A DNA stretch of 61,100 nt, counting the filler, from Syncephalis fuscata S228 (Eukaryota > Fungi > Zoopagomycota): assembly GCA_025786725.1 (NCBI GenBank). It is 3 parts of 3 records of this genome, joined end to end, with 100 filler letters (N's around TTAATTAATTAA, not from the genome) between each part and the next. Parts side by side here need not be neighbours in the genome. Positions count along the whole stretch, not along the records: positions 1 to 13,399 come from JAHLTZ010000247.1; 2 more parts are not named here. The stretch is one strand, 5' to 3'. The number at the start of each line of letters is the position of its first letter. Position 1 is the stretch's first letter. Below are positions 1 through 11,766 of the stretch, in pieces. The notes beneath the pieces were generated by a model. The model was not told the DNA's origin. It did not search any database and was given only the letters and a program-made list of their open reading frames with translations. A program made the position numbers and the translations under genes.

Positions 1-1739
1 AACGTTTGAAATGAACATCGATTACATCCATCTAATAATAGACATATTATCATTATTCCAGTTTATTTGTAATTAGTTTAAATTACCTGTATAGCCCATA
101 TTTGATCACAAAGCACTGCATTGTATTGCGCAATACCAAAGCTTGCGCGTGTGATTGCTTTAGTCAGGTTTGCACTGCTCTCTCGTAAGTGAACATGCCA
201 TTTTGCACGTTGCAGCCGTCGTTGTGCACTACGCACGGCCAAAAGATATAGAAACACCGTGTCATACCGTGCTAGCTCAGTCGGCGCTACTACCAAATCA
301 AATGGCCAATCCAAATGATAATGCAATCGAGCCGGTGCACCAAACACATCGGCATCGGTCAGTTCAGGTGCACGCTCCAATCTAAACCGAGCAAAACAAT
401 CATCGTCTTCGGCCGTAGTATTGGCAGCGGCCCGTGACCATAATGAACGTAATTCTCGATCTCTAATGGATGTAGTAGATGATGGCATACTATTCCCATG
501 GGTTGTTGACACGGGTGTACCAACATGGACGGCAGCAGCTAACGCAACACCTTTATGATTATCAACGCCATCTAACAAAGCGTCAAAAAAGTCGCCTCTA
601 CCAAGTAGATAGTAGTTGCGAAATGCTTCCAACTGGTGGGCTGCGCGATATTGTTGTACGGCAGTACGCCACAACCATTCAGATAAATCGCGCCGAGCTG
701 TACGTGCCAATTGAATAAATAAATCACTATTTACTTTTAATTGAATGTGCGATCGATGTGAGGATAAAGATGCTTGCTCGACCATAGATTCGAATAGTGC
801 GTGTAACTTTTGCAACCATGTCTGCGTCCACACTTCAGGCACTCGATAGCCTCGTTCTTGAACGGCCAATACAACCTGTCCCGTAAATAAAACATCCTCA
901 GCGGCCATGGCACCAATCCATGCCGGTACACTAGCCAGTAAAAGCCTATGTTTTCGTCGCCATACTGGCTCATACTGTTGTTCATGAGCAGACCCTTCAC
1001 CACCTGCCATATCAGAATCCCGACCACTGGTACCAGTACTATTGATCGATAAAGCATCGCTCCTTTCTTGAATAAAAAACTCTTTAAACGGATCTCTTAA
1101 TAGCCCATAAACGAGCCAAGCAGTTATTTGTCGCCATAAAACACGCATACCAGCCATCGTCAATTGACAAAGCAAGTCTCGTAGCAATGGAACACCACTT
1201 TCTTGATACTGTACTCGAAGTCGCTCAACAAGCACCACACCATGCCAGTGACGTGGATGTGTCTGTATTTCTTCCAAAATACTTAGAATGGCCGGGAATA
1301 TAATCTCATAATCCATCATAACAAATAGAACATCGGTAATGGTGTGTACATTGAATTTAGACGATGCTGCCTGCACATCCACATTATCAATATAGATTGT
1401 TGATGCTGATGTTATCATGCCAACTTCTAACTTTTCTAGTCGATTACGATAGTCATCAAGGGCACGATCAAGACCTTCACAAAATGCATCTAGGTAGATG
1501 CCTTTACAGCTGTCACCTTCCTTATCCCCTGTAACTGGCGTGTTGTCTATTTTCTTTTGTTGACGAATAAATTGCATGCATGTATGGTAGGCCCAACCTA
1601 GCCGTCCTAATCGATTAAGTACAGCATATTCTTGCTCTGAAAGAAATGTCAAGTCTGTAGCCACTACAAATGAGCCAGAACGTGCAACAAACACGTCTCC
1701 CGGATAGCCGGCAAGTGCTAAAAGTAATTCATGCAACAT
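1..1739 (-). CDS. GCP4: Gamma-tubulin complex component 4 (Spc97/Spc98 GCP family), 3' end runs off the window
   Basis: N-terminus MLHELLLALAGYPGDVF; GRIP motifs WLVYGLLRDPFKEFFIQ, YYLLGRGDFF and LHYHLDWPFDLVV. An intron at 86-32 joins IQ to MDVIDVHFKR. Confidence 0.85.
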
Positions 1740-2101
1740 GAGGAAAGTACATTAAAGAGAAGCAAGCATTGCCTATTATTAAATACACGAAGCTACTGTA
1801 CTTTGACTTTCACGTTTTTTATTTATCCATTTCACCACTTTTTCTTAATACTTTTAAATACCATTAAACATTCACTCATTACTACTACATGTACAATATT
1901 ACACTCAGCATTAATTAACTCATGTGTAATTATCAGTACAATAATGTAACTAATTAGTTATTTTTATTATTGCTTTAGTATATATATTGTCATTATGATA
2001 TTAATTGTTTAAAATGCCATTTATTTAATCAGATTGACTATAGTGAGAAGTGGCAATTTAATAAACGACTTTCATAATAATTATATTAATATTGATCTTG
2101 G

Positions 2102-2395
2102 ATCGCAAATATGTCCAAAATGCAATAGTAGGATATTGTAAAATAAAATAGACCACTCAGATGCAATAATCCATGCTGTACGTAAATACAATAACAACAA
2201 ATGACATGGAATTGCAATCATATGGCTTCTATTAGTATTCAATCAATCTTTCTATACATGGCCACAATAACAATGATCGGCCTCGTGAATTTCAAAGCAT
2301 TCAAATGAAAACATTGTAATTATATTTTTTGTACATAACAGCAAGTTTTCAACTGAAACCAATTTTACTTTGAGGACTCAAAATATGAAATTCAA
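2102..2395 (+). mobile_element. Decayed Fanzor (TnpB-like) element remnant, copy 1: C-terminal zinc finger/RuvC-III region plus conserved 3' non-coding tail
   Basis: Manual translation SQICPKCNSRIL*...MTWNCNHMASISIQSIFLYMA..NNNDRPREFQ; aligns by eye with 7600-7810 and 46003-46301. Confidence 0.75.
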
Positions 2396-3894
2396 GGCAA
2401 GATGGGGGAATTTGAAAAGCTAATCATGTTTTATTTGTTAAAAGACTTTAACAATATATTTGTGGCAAATGCAACTCAAAATACAATACAAAAACATGCT
2501 ATGTAAAGATTAGCACCAATTGTGTTGAAACAGTGGTTGGTGATGAAATAAACGTTTTTATTGAATAAATACAAACTACTGATGAAGCAACTATCAAAAT
2601 AAATAAAGTGTAGTGCAAACAAAAATGATTTAATTAATAAATATTTTTTGATTTTAAATCTAACCAACAAATAAGATTAGATTGGTTTAGAGTATTTTAA
2701 ATATCAAATATAGCAATTAAATAATTCCGAATTACATAAAAGTGTTATTGCTTTGATCAACTTAAATTAATTAGTTGGTGTATCAAACAAGAGTGAATAT
2801 ATGCAAAATAAAACCGTCACCATGGCATTTGCCGTTGATAAACTAGAACAATCTACTCGTAACGTTCATTTTAAATGTCGCAGTAGTCGCTCCAATGTTC
2901 TAATTTAAAAGAGTTGTGGAACATGGCGAAAGAAGCTTAAGAGGGTGCTGTGACGGATCATTTAAACCACTTGATTTGTATCAAATCTTATGATATTTTT
3001 ATTAACTAAATAAAAATAACTTTTTCCACAATATTGAGCATGCTATTGGTTGTTTAGTGTGATTTGGCAGTTAAATAGCTATAATAGCCACGTATTTAAA
3101 CTAAATATCCGCTTTATTGAAGATGAAACTAAGTGGTGAGTGTCATTGGTTATTAAATGTTTACTTATTATTATTATTGTACTGTACATATCTATCCTGT
3201 ATACATATACTATATGTCCGTCTATATCATTAATATTGTAAATTATAGAAAACCATATTAACAAAAGCTAAAAGCTTATTGCTAACTGTATTCTTTTAGC
3301 AGATCTTGATTCATTTCGTTCATTACCCTTGACCAATTGCATACAGTATAGTTTTGCTATCACTATTTACGTATTCGTTCTATCTATTTATTTTATTTCA
3401 TAGTATTCTATGCTTTATTGCCATGTTTTATTAGAAAAGCGTATTTATTTTAATTTCAGCATACTATTACTTGGCTATATGATAATGATAGCTTTGCTAC
3501 TATCCATACCAATCTATGCTTATAGTTAATACAATATAATTGTACATGTCTTTTGTTAATTTAACTACTTGATCAATAATTGCCATTATTGGATGAAAAT
3601 AGAACATGATTATAGATATAGCAATTTGATTGTATATATTTAAGATGAAACCATAAGTTTATTACTACAAGTTTGCACAGCTGGATAGATCCAATTAAGT
3701 GCGAAATTGATAATATAATAATGATTCCATTGATTAAAGACTGGATAAACCGGAGCATTGGCCAAAACTTGATATATAAATAGACTGGACGGCGTAGTTG
3801 TCAAATGGTCTTGCTTTTCACCGAATATATACCTAAAGTGTATTGGAATAGTGGCTTGATTGCACTACCAATGCTCATGTCTTGAAACCATTGA

Positions 3895-5528
3895 TTATTC
3901 TGTATTTACAAATAAAGATATTATATGTCGTATAATTAATGTATAAGCCATTAATATATAGTACTACTTACCGCCTATTAGTATTAAGTTATAGATACAT
4001 GGTGCATAACATGTGATTAATGCATAGTCATTTATCATACAATACAACTTACGTTCTATTAATATTAAGCAATTGATACAATCAATAAATAGTATAGTTA
4101 ATGTATAGTTATTTAATATACAATATGACTTACAAGCTATTAATATTAAATAATTGGTACAATCAGTACATAGAGTAGTTAATATATAGTCAGTTAATAT
4201 GCAACATCACTTACAAGCTATCAATATTAAACGATTGATACAATCAATGAATAGTATAGTTAATGTATAGTTATTTAATATACAATACAACTTACTGCCT
4301 GTTAATATTAAATAATTGGTACAATCAGTAAATAGCATAGTTAATATATAGTCAGTTAATATGCAACATCACTTACAAGCTATCAATATTAAACGATTGA
4401 TACAATCAATGAATAGTATAGTTAATGTATAGTTAACTAATATACAATACTACTTACGATCTATTAATATTAAACGATTGATACAATCAATAAGTAGTAT
4501 AGTTAATGTATAGTTAACTAATATATAATATCACTTACGAACTATTAATATTAAATAATCGATACAATCAGTAAATAGTATAGTTAATATATAATCAGTT
4601 ATTATGCAACATTACTTACATGCTATTAATATTAAGTTATTGATACAATCAGTAAATAGCATAATTAATGTATATTCAGTTAATATACAATATCACTTAC
4701 GATCTATTAATATTAAATAAGCAGTACAATAAATAAATAGCAGTTAATATATAGCCAGTTAATATACAATATCACTTACCGCCTATTAATATTAAGTTAT
4801 TTATAGACGCAATACACGATATGTAATTAGCTAATGATCAATTGATATACAATATAACTTACAAGCTATTAGTATTAAGTTGTTGATATACATGGTGCAT
4901 GACATATGATTAGTTCGTAGTCAGTTAATATACAATATCACACGGGGGACGCTGCTAGCCCAGTTGGTAAGGCAGCGTCTCCCGAGCTAAAGGCTCCGGG
5001 TTCAAACCTTAGTTTAAATTAACCCTTAAGTGGAAAATCCCCCCAGTTTTCTCTAGTTAACAAATTGCAAACCAGAACCCAATAAGTAGGTCCGGAAACA
5101 AGACTTTGGCCAGAATAGCCGAGGAAAACCCAATTGGGACCAACTTCAAGAGAATAGTGCTATGTAGCACCATTTAAAAAAAGATGACCCCGTGTAAAAT
5201 CTATATGGACCAGATTTTGCGCAAAAACGTGGCAGTCCACCCGTTAAAAGTTTGGAAAAGTCCAAATATAGTGGGAAGCAGCGCAAATTCTTTAATTATG
5301 CGCAGCGGGGGCTCGCAAGCTCTTCAAAATAAAATAAAATAATATACAATATCACTTACGATCTATTATAATTATTAGTTAAAAAATACCGTCAATAAAT
5401 AAATACTGTTATATTTATTGTTATTGCAACATACCACGACGAACTAAGGCTGGTTTAGCATCCACCATGGCTGTACTGGCCACAATAGCCACAACGACGG
5501 TGCAAACGACAGCAATAGAAAGCTTCAT
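3895..5528 (-). CDS. Secreted peptide precursor gene with thirteen 3-nt microexons
   Basis: Exon 1 (5528-5435) encodes MKLSIAVVCTVVVAIVASTAMVDAKPALVRR+G, with ATCACC-ATG start context and a GTATGT donor. Microexons at 5362-5360, 4865-4863, 4782-4780, 4703-4701, 4622-4620, 4541-4539, 4460-4458, 4379-4377, 4298-4296, 4217-4215, 4136-4134, 4055-4053 and 3974-3972 are each flanked by YAG and GTAAGT. The terminal exon starts at 3899 with an in-frame AA TAA. Confidence 0.75.
3967..4941. repeat. 81-bp tandem repeat (12 units here, resuming at 5341-5365 after the SINE); each unit is one intron plus one 3-nt exon on the minus strand
   Basis: CTTAC recurs at 3967, 4048, 4129, 4210, 4291, 4372, 4453, 4534, 4615, 4696, 4775, 4858 and 5355. 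Confidence 0.95.
4942..5340 (+). mobile_element. tRNA-derived SINE (~400 bp)
   Basis: A box TAGCCCAGTTGG and B box GGTTCAAACC in the head; (AAAAT)3 tail; 15-bp target-site duplication AATATACAATATCAC at 4927-4941 and 5341-5355. Confidence 0.85.
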
Positions 5529-7219
5529 GGTGATGTTGATTTGTTAAGACAAACAAATAAAAGAAATAGTAGAGTGTGGTTGGTATAGAGTGAAGAGTAG
5601 TGCGTGTATAGCAAGAAGTAGAGTGTGATAATGATATCGTAGTTGGTTGTGTATATTTTGTGGGCTATTTAAACTTATGGTTTACTGAGATGCTAGTATA
5701 CTGTAGTATACGAGATATATCATTGATGTGTAATATGAACCAATAAAACAATCCAAATAATGGTTTGAGGTGCACATGCACCAATAGATTCATGGCGTGA
5801 CATCATGCTTTCCAGCATTAATTTGACTTGTCCGGTCTTTACTTCAGCCTGACCAGCCTTGAATTTAACCTGCTCAGTCTTGGTTCCGACCTGCTCGGCG
5901 TTTACACAAATAACACGGCAATTCCAATGAGCAGTAAATATGTAACAGACATATACATCATCCTGTATTTTTTGTTACACGGTCGAACACCACTTGGTAA
6001 AAACAAGTATATCGTTTGGTTTTGTGAAAACGATAATGATGTCTTTGCTGCCATTTCTACTAATTTGGTCCTCAATATTTGCATGCATACAAAAAGCATA
6101 CAACATTGACGCAAAAAACAAGTTTATTGTATCAAAATGGTATTTTATACAGGCTTTACTGCCATACATAAGCCAATTATAATTCCTTAAATTATAAAGT
6201 GTATTGATTGGTACATGTATGTATTTCATTCGACACTATGCCCGTTGTTATGGGTGTAATCACTGCTTTAAATTCACAAATACATCACATTCAGACATAT
6301 CATGCTACATGTTGTGCAACTACCATCATTCAAATGGCGGCTAATCCGAATTACCTGAAATCGACTATACAATAAGTACTGTCTGTAGTATGATGCAGCA
6401 CGGCATTTTAAGCAATGGAACATTCCAACAAGTCATTTTCGTCATCCGTTTTCAGTTGTAAACTAGATTGCATCGACTAGATTACACGCAATACAGTATG
6501 CAGACACTAGGATAGACCCAATAGAAAGTCCTGCTTAAATATCAGCAATTTCAAGTGCATAGTGGCTGTGGATTGCATATCAATGGGTAATCGTCCAAGG
6601 CCTAGGTGCTGCTTACATTTCTGAAACCAATCCTAACAAGGTAAGCAAGATAGCATATAGAAGAATAAACCAACGCAAAAACTAATGAAAAACAAGTGGC
6701 AGCTTAAAGGTTTACTAGTTTATCCTATAGCAAATTATTATAACTATGCTAAGCTAGACTGTGTTTGTCAAAAAACTGTCCGTTGCTGATACAACTAGAA
6801 CAATAGCAATGTTAAATTGACATAACGCACAGAAAACAAAAAAATGTAAATAAAATTAAATCAATGAGTTTTAGTAATTAAATAACTTATTGTTGTTGTT
6901 ATACTTTATAATTATGGTTGTATGTACGGATAAACATTTGCAATCACATTGTAACTTCTAATATACTTACATGTATACAACCACCAACTAAGCCAACTAT
7001 TATAAGGCTTAATCTAATTATTTATCAAAGTAAGCAGCTAATATTTTACATTATTGCAATAATAGAAAATATATATTATTTTTATTTATTGACCATTAAT
7101 AAAAGCTATATAGCTATATATTAAAATAAACAAAACATCAGATTGAGTGCGTAATATTTACATGACCAAATCATTTTTACTTTAATTCTCACATTTTATT
7201 TACACATTTCACTCTTCTT

Positions 7220-7810
7220 TTCCTATCGCTATCTTATCGTTTTATTCAGTAATATATTATGTGATAATGTTGAATATGGCAATATAAATAACATGCGTAT
7301 TTGAACATCAATAAATAACATTATTCAATCCCTAGTCTTTATTTCTCTTATTTACATCAACACCTGTTTAAGTAACCTCAACGGCATGCCGTATATTCTG
7401 GCTACAACTGTCGTCACAAGATCTCCCTGGTGAAGACACTCAGCTTAGCATTATTGCATAAAATAGAGGCCATTTGCTTCATCAATGGCTGGCAAAGCAT
7501 CTGCACCTACCAAGTTGATACCAAGAACGCTTAAGAGAATGGTGAACATCGGAAACGCTAGTCGTCCCATCTTTTTGTACCATAGACGAGTATCTTACAT
7601 CGCAAATATGCCCAAAATGCAATGGTAGAATATTAGAAAATAGAAGAGATCATTCAGATGCAATAATCCATGTTGTACATAGACACAATAACAACAAATG
7701 CAGAATGACATGGAATCGCGATTAATGACGTCTATTAATATTCGATTAATCTTTCTACATATGGCCAACAACAATAATAATCGGCCTCAAATGTTTCAAT
7801 GAAATCAAAT
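7220..7810 (+). mobile_element. Decayed Fanzor element remnant, copy 2 (RuvC-II, zinc finger, RuvC-III)
   Basis: Translation across stops and frameshifts: IIA*NRG/FASSMAGKASAPTKLIPRTLKR...IDEYLTSQICPKC (7582-7620)...CRMTWNRD (WNRD 7711-7722)/MTSINIRLIFLHMANNNNNRPQMF. Confidence 0.85.
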
Positions 7811-8228
7811 AGTATATTACATTGTTTATTTAAATGCATAATATTATTACTAATACAATGTTCTGTTACATTTAATTCTATTTTATGGAAATGATAATGT
7901 TCTTACATCACATTAATATTTATTATGAATTATCATTTAAACGCAATTTAATTAAATCAAATCATTACAATTGATTGCGTAAAATGACTTATTGCGTTAA
8001 ATGAAATTAAAACAATGCCAAACAATCATTAGTATTATATTATTTACTACTATGCGTGTATTATTGTTTAATATTTATCTTTATAATGAATTGTAACTAT
8101 GAATGTATAAACTTTTACGTAATAAATGCCTTTTGATTAATATTCTAGCATGATGTAATATTTGTATATTTATTGTAATTAATGTATCAATGAACCACAA
8201 ACTAGTAATTCATTCAAATCGACAACGT

Positions 8229-8795
8229 TTAGTAATGAAATGGTTTAATCGACTCTGCCTGTTCTACACTTAATGATGAGTTGCGATATGATAACGCCAG
8301 TTGCTTAATTTCCGCTTCTGACGGTATACCTAATTGCTTCCACTCTTCTATCTCTTGTGGACTAGCCTTCAAGTGCCACTCGTATTTTGGAGTGGGCAAG
8401 TTTAGCTTGGTCCGATCTTTCTTGCGCTGTTTTTTACTTGGTGGATTGGCTCTAGAAACATTAATACCATGCAATGCTTGAAGTGCCGCCTCTAGCTTTT
8501 CTCGTTGCGTCATATTCTTTTCTGATTCTTTTCTTGCTTCGTTCAGCATAGCTGCTGTCTGGCGCATTACTTCGTTATTTGATTTAATAAAAAGCAAATC
8601 GTGTTCCTTCATAGCCAATAGAACTTTTTGCTTAAAGAAATGGCCTGATCTAGCATCATCGGCGGCAATATTCTGTGCAATTGCGTGAATATCTTTGCTA
8701 TTCATGGGCCCTTTACAAGCAAGAATTCGCTGCACTAGATGCCACATGTGCTTATTCTGCATAGGCTTTGGTGCCCTTACTGCATGTCTAAACAT
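8229..8795 (-). CDS. Hypothetical basic protein (188 aa), possibly mitochondrial
   Basis: Open frame from ATG 8795 (MFRHAVRAPKP...), divergent from IMP3; no family recognised. Confidence 0.6.
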   Translation of the reverse strand: MFRHAVRAPKPMQNKHMWHLVQRILACKGPMNSKDIHAIAQNIAADDARSGHFFKQKVLLAMKEHDLLFIKSNNEVMRQTAAMLNEARKESEKNMTQREKLEAALQALHGINVSRANPPSKKQRKKDRTKLNLPTPKYEWHLKASPQEIEEWKQLGIPSEAEIKQLALSYRNSSLSVEQAESIKPFHY

Positions 8796-9055
8796 GGCCG
8801 CTAATTGATGATTCAATAAAGATAGCAAAAATAGTAGCAAAGAGTTTGATTATATAGTACAGCAATAGCACTAGCGTACTATATTAAAGCGTGATTGAAA
8901 TATGGCAAGACGTCGTTAATAAGATCCGCCGAAATTCCAAGGAAAAAAGGAAAAAGCGAGCAAGTAACAGTCGGCGTTGTGTGGTTTTTTCTTTTTTTCT
9001 TTCTTTCAACATTTTGATTCCAATACGTTAAGTAGTATTATTACAAAGTGTAAAC

Positions 9056-9950
9056 ATGGTGCGTCAGCTTAAACATCACGAAAGAAAGTTGTTGAAGAAG
9101 GTAGATTTCTTACAATGGAAATCAACAGACAATGTCCATGAAATCTCTATTATACGCAAATATCGTCTACCGAATCGTGAAGAGTACACCAAGTATGTAA
9201 CTAGATGAATGAATTTGCTGTTTTATGGTATACTAATTTCGATATTGTATATTAAAGATACAACAAACTATGCGGCAGTATTAAACGGACGGCTCAGCGT
9301 ATCTCATTACTAAATCCACGCGATCCATATCGTAAACAGATGGAGGAGCAAATTCTCAACAAATTGTATGATATGGCTTTGATTTCGTCCAAAAGTGCCT
9401 TCTCAGCTGTTGATCGTCTTACTGTATCCGCCTTTTGTCGGTATGTGTTGATATATTATTAAAACAATGGCAGTAACATATGAATGTTGTTGTTAACAAA
9501 TCATTGTATTGTAGACGACGATTACCTATTGTTATGATGAGATTGAAAATGGCAGAAAATGTCAAAGAAGCAGTTACACTAATTGAACAGGGACGTATCC
9601 TTTTAATTTATAGAAATAGTAACAGTCCACATTTGTCATGGTTATTCTTGACTTTTTATTTTATGTATAATGCTAATAGATATTCGAATTGGTATTGATA
9701 CTGTAGTAGATCCAGCTTTCTTGGTAACCAGGTTAGTATATATATATATACTGTTTAATCATTATACTAATATTTATTGATAGAACCATGGAGGACTTTG
9801 TCACATGGGTGGATACTTCCAAGATTAAGCGCAAGATTATGAAATATAACGACAAGGTAAATGTTTAACACGTTGATATTGATTGTATATCTGTATTAAT
9901 TGCTGCAATCATTACTTTATTATTAGTTGGACGACTTTGATTTACTCTAG
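9056..9950 (+). CDS. IMP3: U3 snoRNP protein Imp3 (S4 domain), multi-exon
   Basis: [22 protein letters not shown]; [22 protein letters not shown]; [39 protein letters not shown]. Confidence 0.95.
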
Positions 9951-10500
9951 ATACTAAAGATTCAATATTTTTATATTATATTATTAAAATTTAACATTCA
10001 CGTTATTAATCTCAATACTCAATTTATTTAACTAATTTTTGTAGTTTAGATAGTAACAATTAGTTTACACAATGGTAAGTATATGTAAATGAGTAAAAGT
10101 ACATACATCAATCTTGTTAGCACATTGATGTTAAGCATTATTTAAAATACACACAGATATTGTGTGCTGGAATTGTCGATGAAAGCAACAGCAAATTTAA
10201 ATGATTACAAAATTACTATTTCTATAAATCCAATATGTGAATATCTACTATATATGTACTAATCTATTGATATATTCATAGCATACGTAGCAATGCTGTG
10301 CAGATTGAAGTAAAGGTGATGGTATATATCATTAGCTCATTGATAAGTATCCGAATACTACACTACATCTAGAGATGTTTATCATTTTAAATACACTTTA
10401 TTTAAAACTGACATTCATTTAAACCATATCTTGCTAACAATGCTATCACATGCACCTGTATAAAATGATAATTTATAAACAAAAGCAAGAAATAGTTGCT

Positions 10501-10514
10501 TTAATCACGTGATG
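10501..10514. promoter_or_regulatory. Extended E-box TTAATCACGTGATG; identical copy at 15792-15805
   Basis: TCACGTGA palindrome about 160 bp upstream of the 10676 ATG and about 220 bp upstream of the GET3 ATG. Confidence 0.35.
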
Positions 10515-10675
10515 TTGTAGCAGTCAATGAAATGAAACGAGCAACGATGTACAAGGTGTTATGACTCAATTCTTTTTCACACCTTAACACACACACACAC
10601 ACACACCAATTCATTTGCCAAGAATTGTTTTAGTTAAGCTTACTTCAGATCAGCACAACTGTTATACTGTCAATA

Positions 10676-11766
10676 ATGGCTCAAGTATGGATGGCAAAGG
10701 GTCTTTTGGTGCTAACTTTAGGCGCTGTAGTAGGCATTGCTTACGCTGTTCATGAAATGATGACAAAGAAAGAAGAGGATATGCCACTAAATCAAAATCG
10801 CGATAGCAGTCCTCCAGCCGATGGGGATGAACAACGTAGACGACGACATTTTGACCAAAGCGCTAATAATTCATCAGGACAAGCTTCTACCAGCCATAAC
10901 ACTGGCCAAACGCATTCTACTGGAATTAACAATGATAACTCGTTAAGACAAAGAGGTAGTTCTAACACTACAACTATCGAACCATCCCATACACCAATCA
11001 TTGTAAGTTTATTAATACGATGCATATTAATAATGCCTTTACCAATAATCTATTCATTCATTAGCCGCCACCTCGTACATCTTCTATTACCAGCAGAGAA
11101 AATGAACTACAAGAGGAAATGTCATACTTGAATGTTATAGAACAAAGAAACGAGGCTCGTCGTTTGGAATTACAGCAAGAAGAGGAGGAAATTGAAAGAC
11201 GTGCTGCTGCATTAAAGCAAAAACGTCTTGCTCTTGACCAAGAACTGCACTGGTTTCAAAGTACTTTGCCACACGATAACTTTACCGAATCATCAATCGA
11301 TACTGAACCGTATGTCCAACCTGTTACAGTCCCAGACAACTACGAGAATCCAGGATTGATCTGGGCCGCACCTGACGCTGACAGTTCCTCGCTCTATATT
11401 CCTCCACTTAATCCAACAGAAGATATTTTAGCACCGATGTTCCCAGATAGTCCTGTCGATTCCTTTATAAGCTCTATTCTCCCAGATGAAGAGATATTTT
11501 TAGACACGACATCACAACCTATTTACATCGATAATATTACTGTTGCAAATAACATTGATGAACATAAATTAAACGACCAGCCTAGACTTGCTGAAGGACA
11601 CAGCGAACAACAGGTAGCGGAAGAAGAAGTAGCGGAAGAAGAAGTAGAAGAAGAAGAAGAAGAAGAAGAAGGCCATCCATTGTTACATGATACTACGCTC
11701 GAATCTATTGATGCACTTTCTAATCACTTTTCGGAGGATAGTTGGTCAAATATCGGTTCTGAATAA
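10676..11766 (+). CDS. Hypothetical protein: N-terminal membrane anchor, coiled coil, acidic C-terminus
   Basis: Intron 11003-11064 (GTAAGT..TAG) joins ORF 10676 in frame to ORF 11119. Confidence 0.7.

Noticed and set aside
3967-4941. CRISPR-like array or plain minisatellite
   Set aside because: No unique spacers, no cas genes, and the context is eukaryotic. The only strongly variable part is a 3-nt slot between AG and GT, which the intron/microexon model explains better.
4944-5015. Functional tRNA gene
   Set aside because: It has A and B boxes but no proper acceptor/anticodon cloverleaf, and it continues into a 400-bp body with a tail and TSD, so it is a SINE head.
5828-6600. Overlapping short ORFs in moderately GC-richer DNA
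   Set aside because: No recognisable domain or consistent exon structure. It may be a decayed gene or element, but I cannot support a call.
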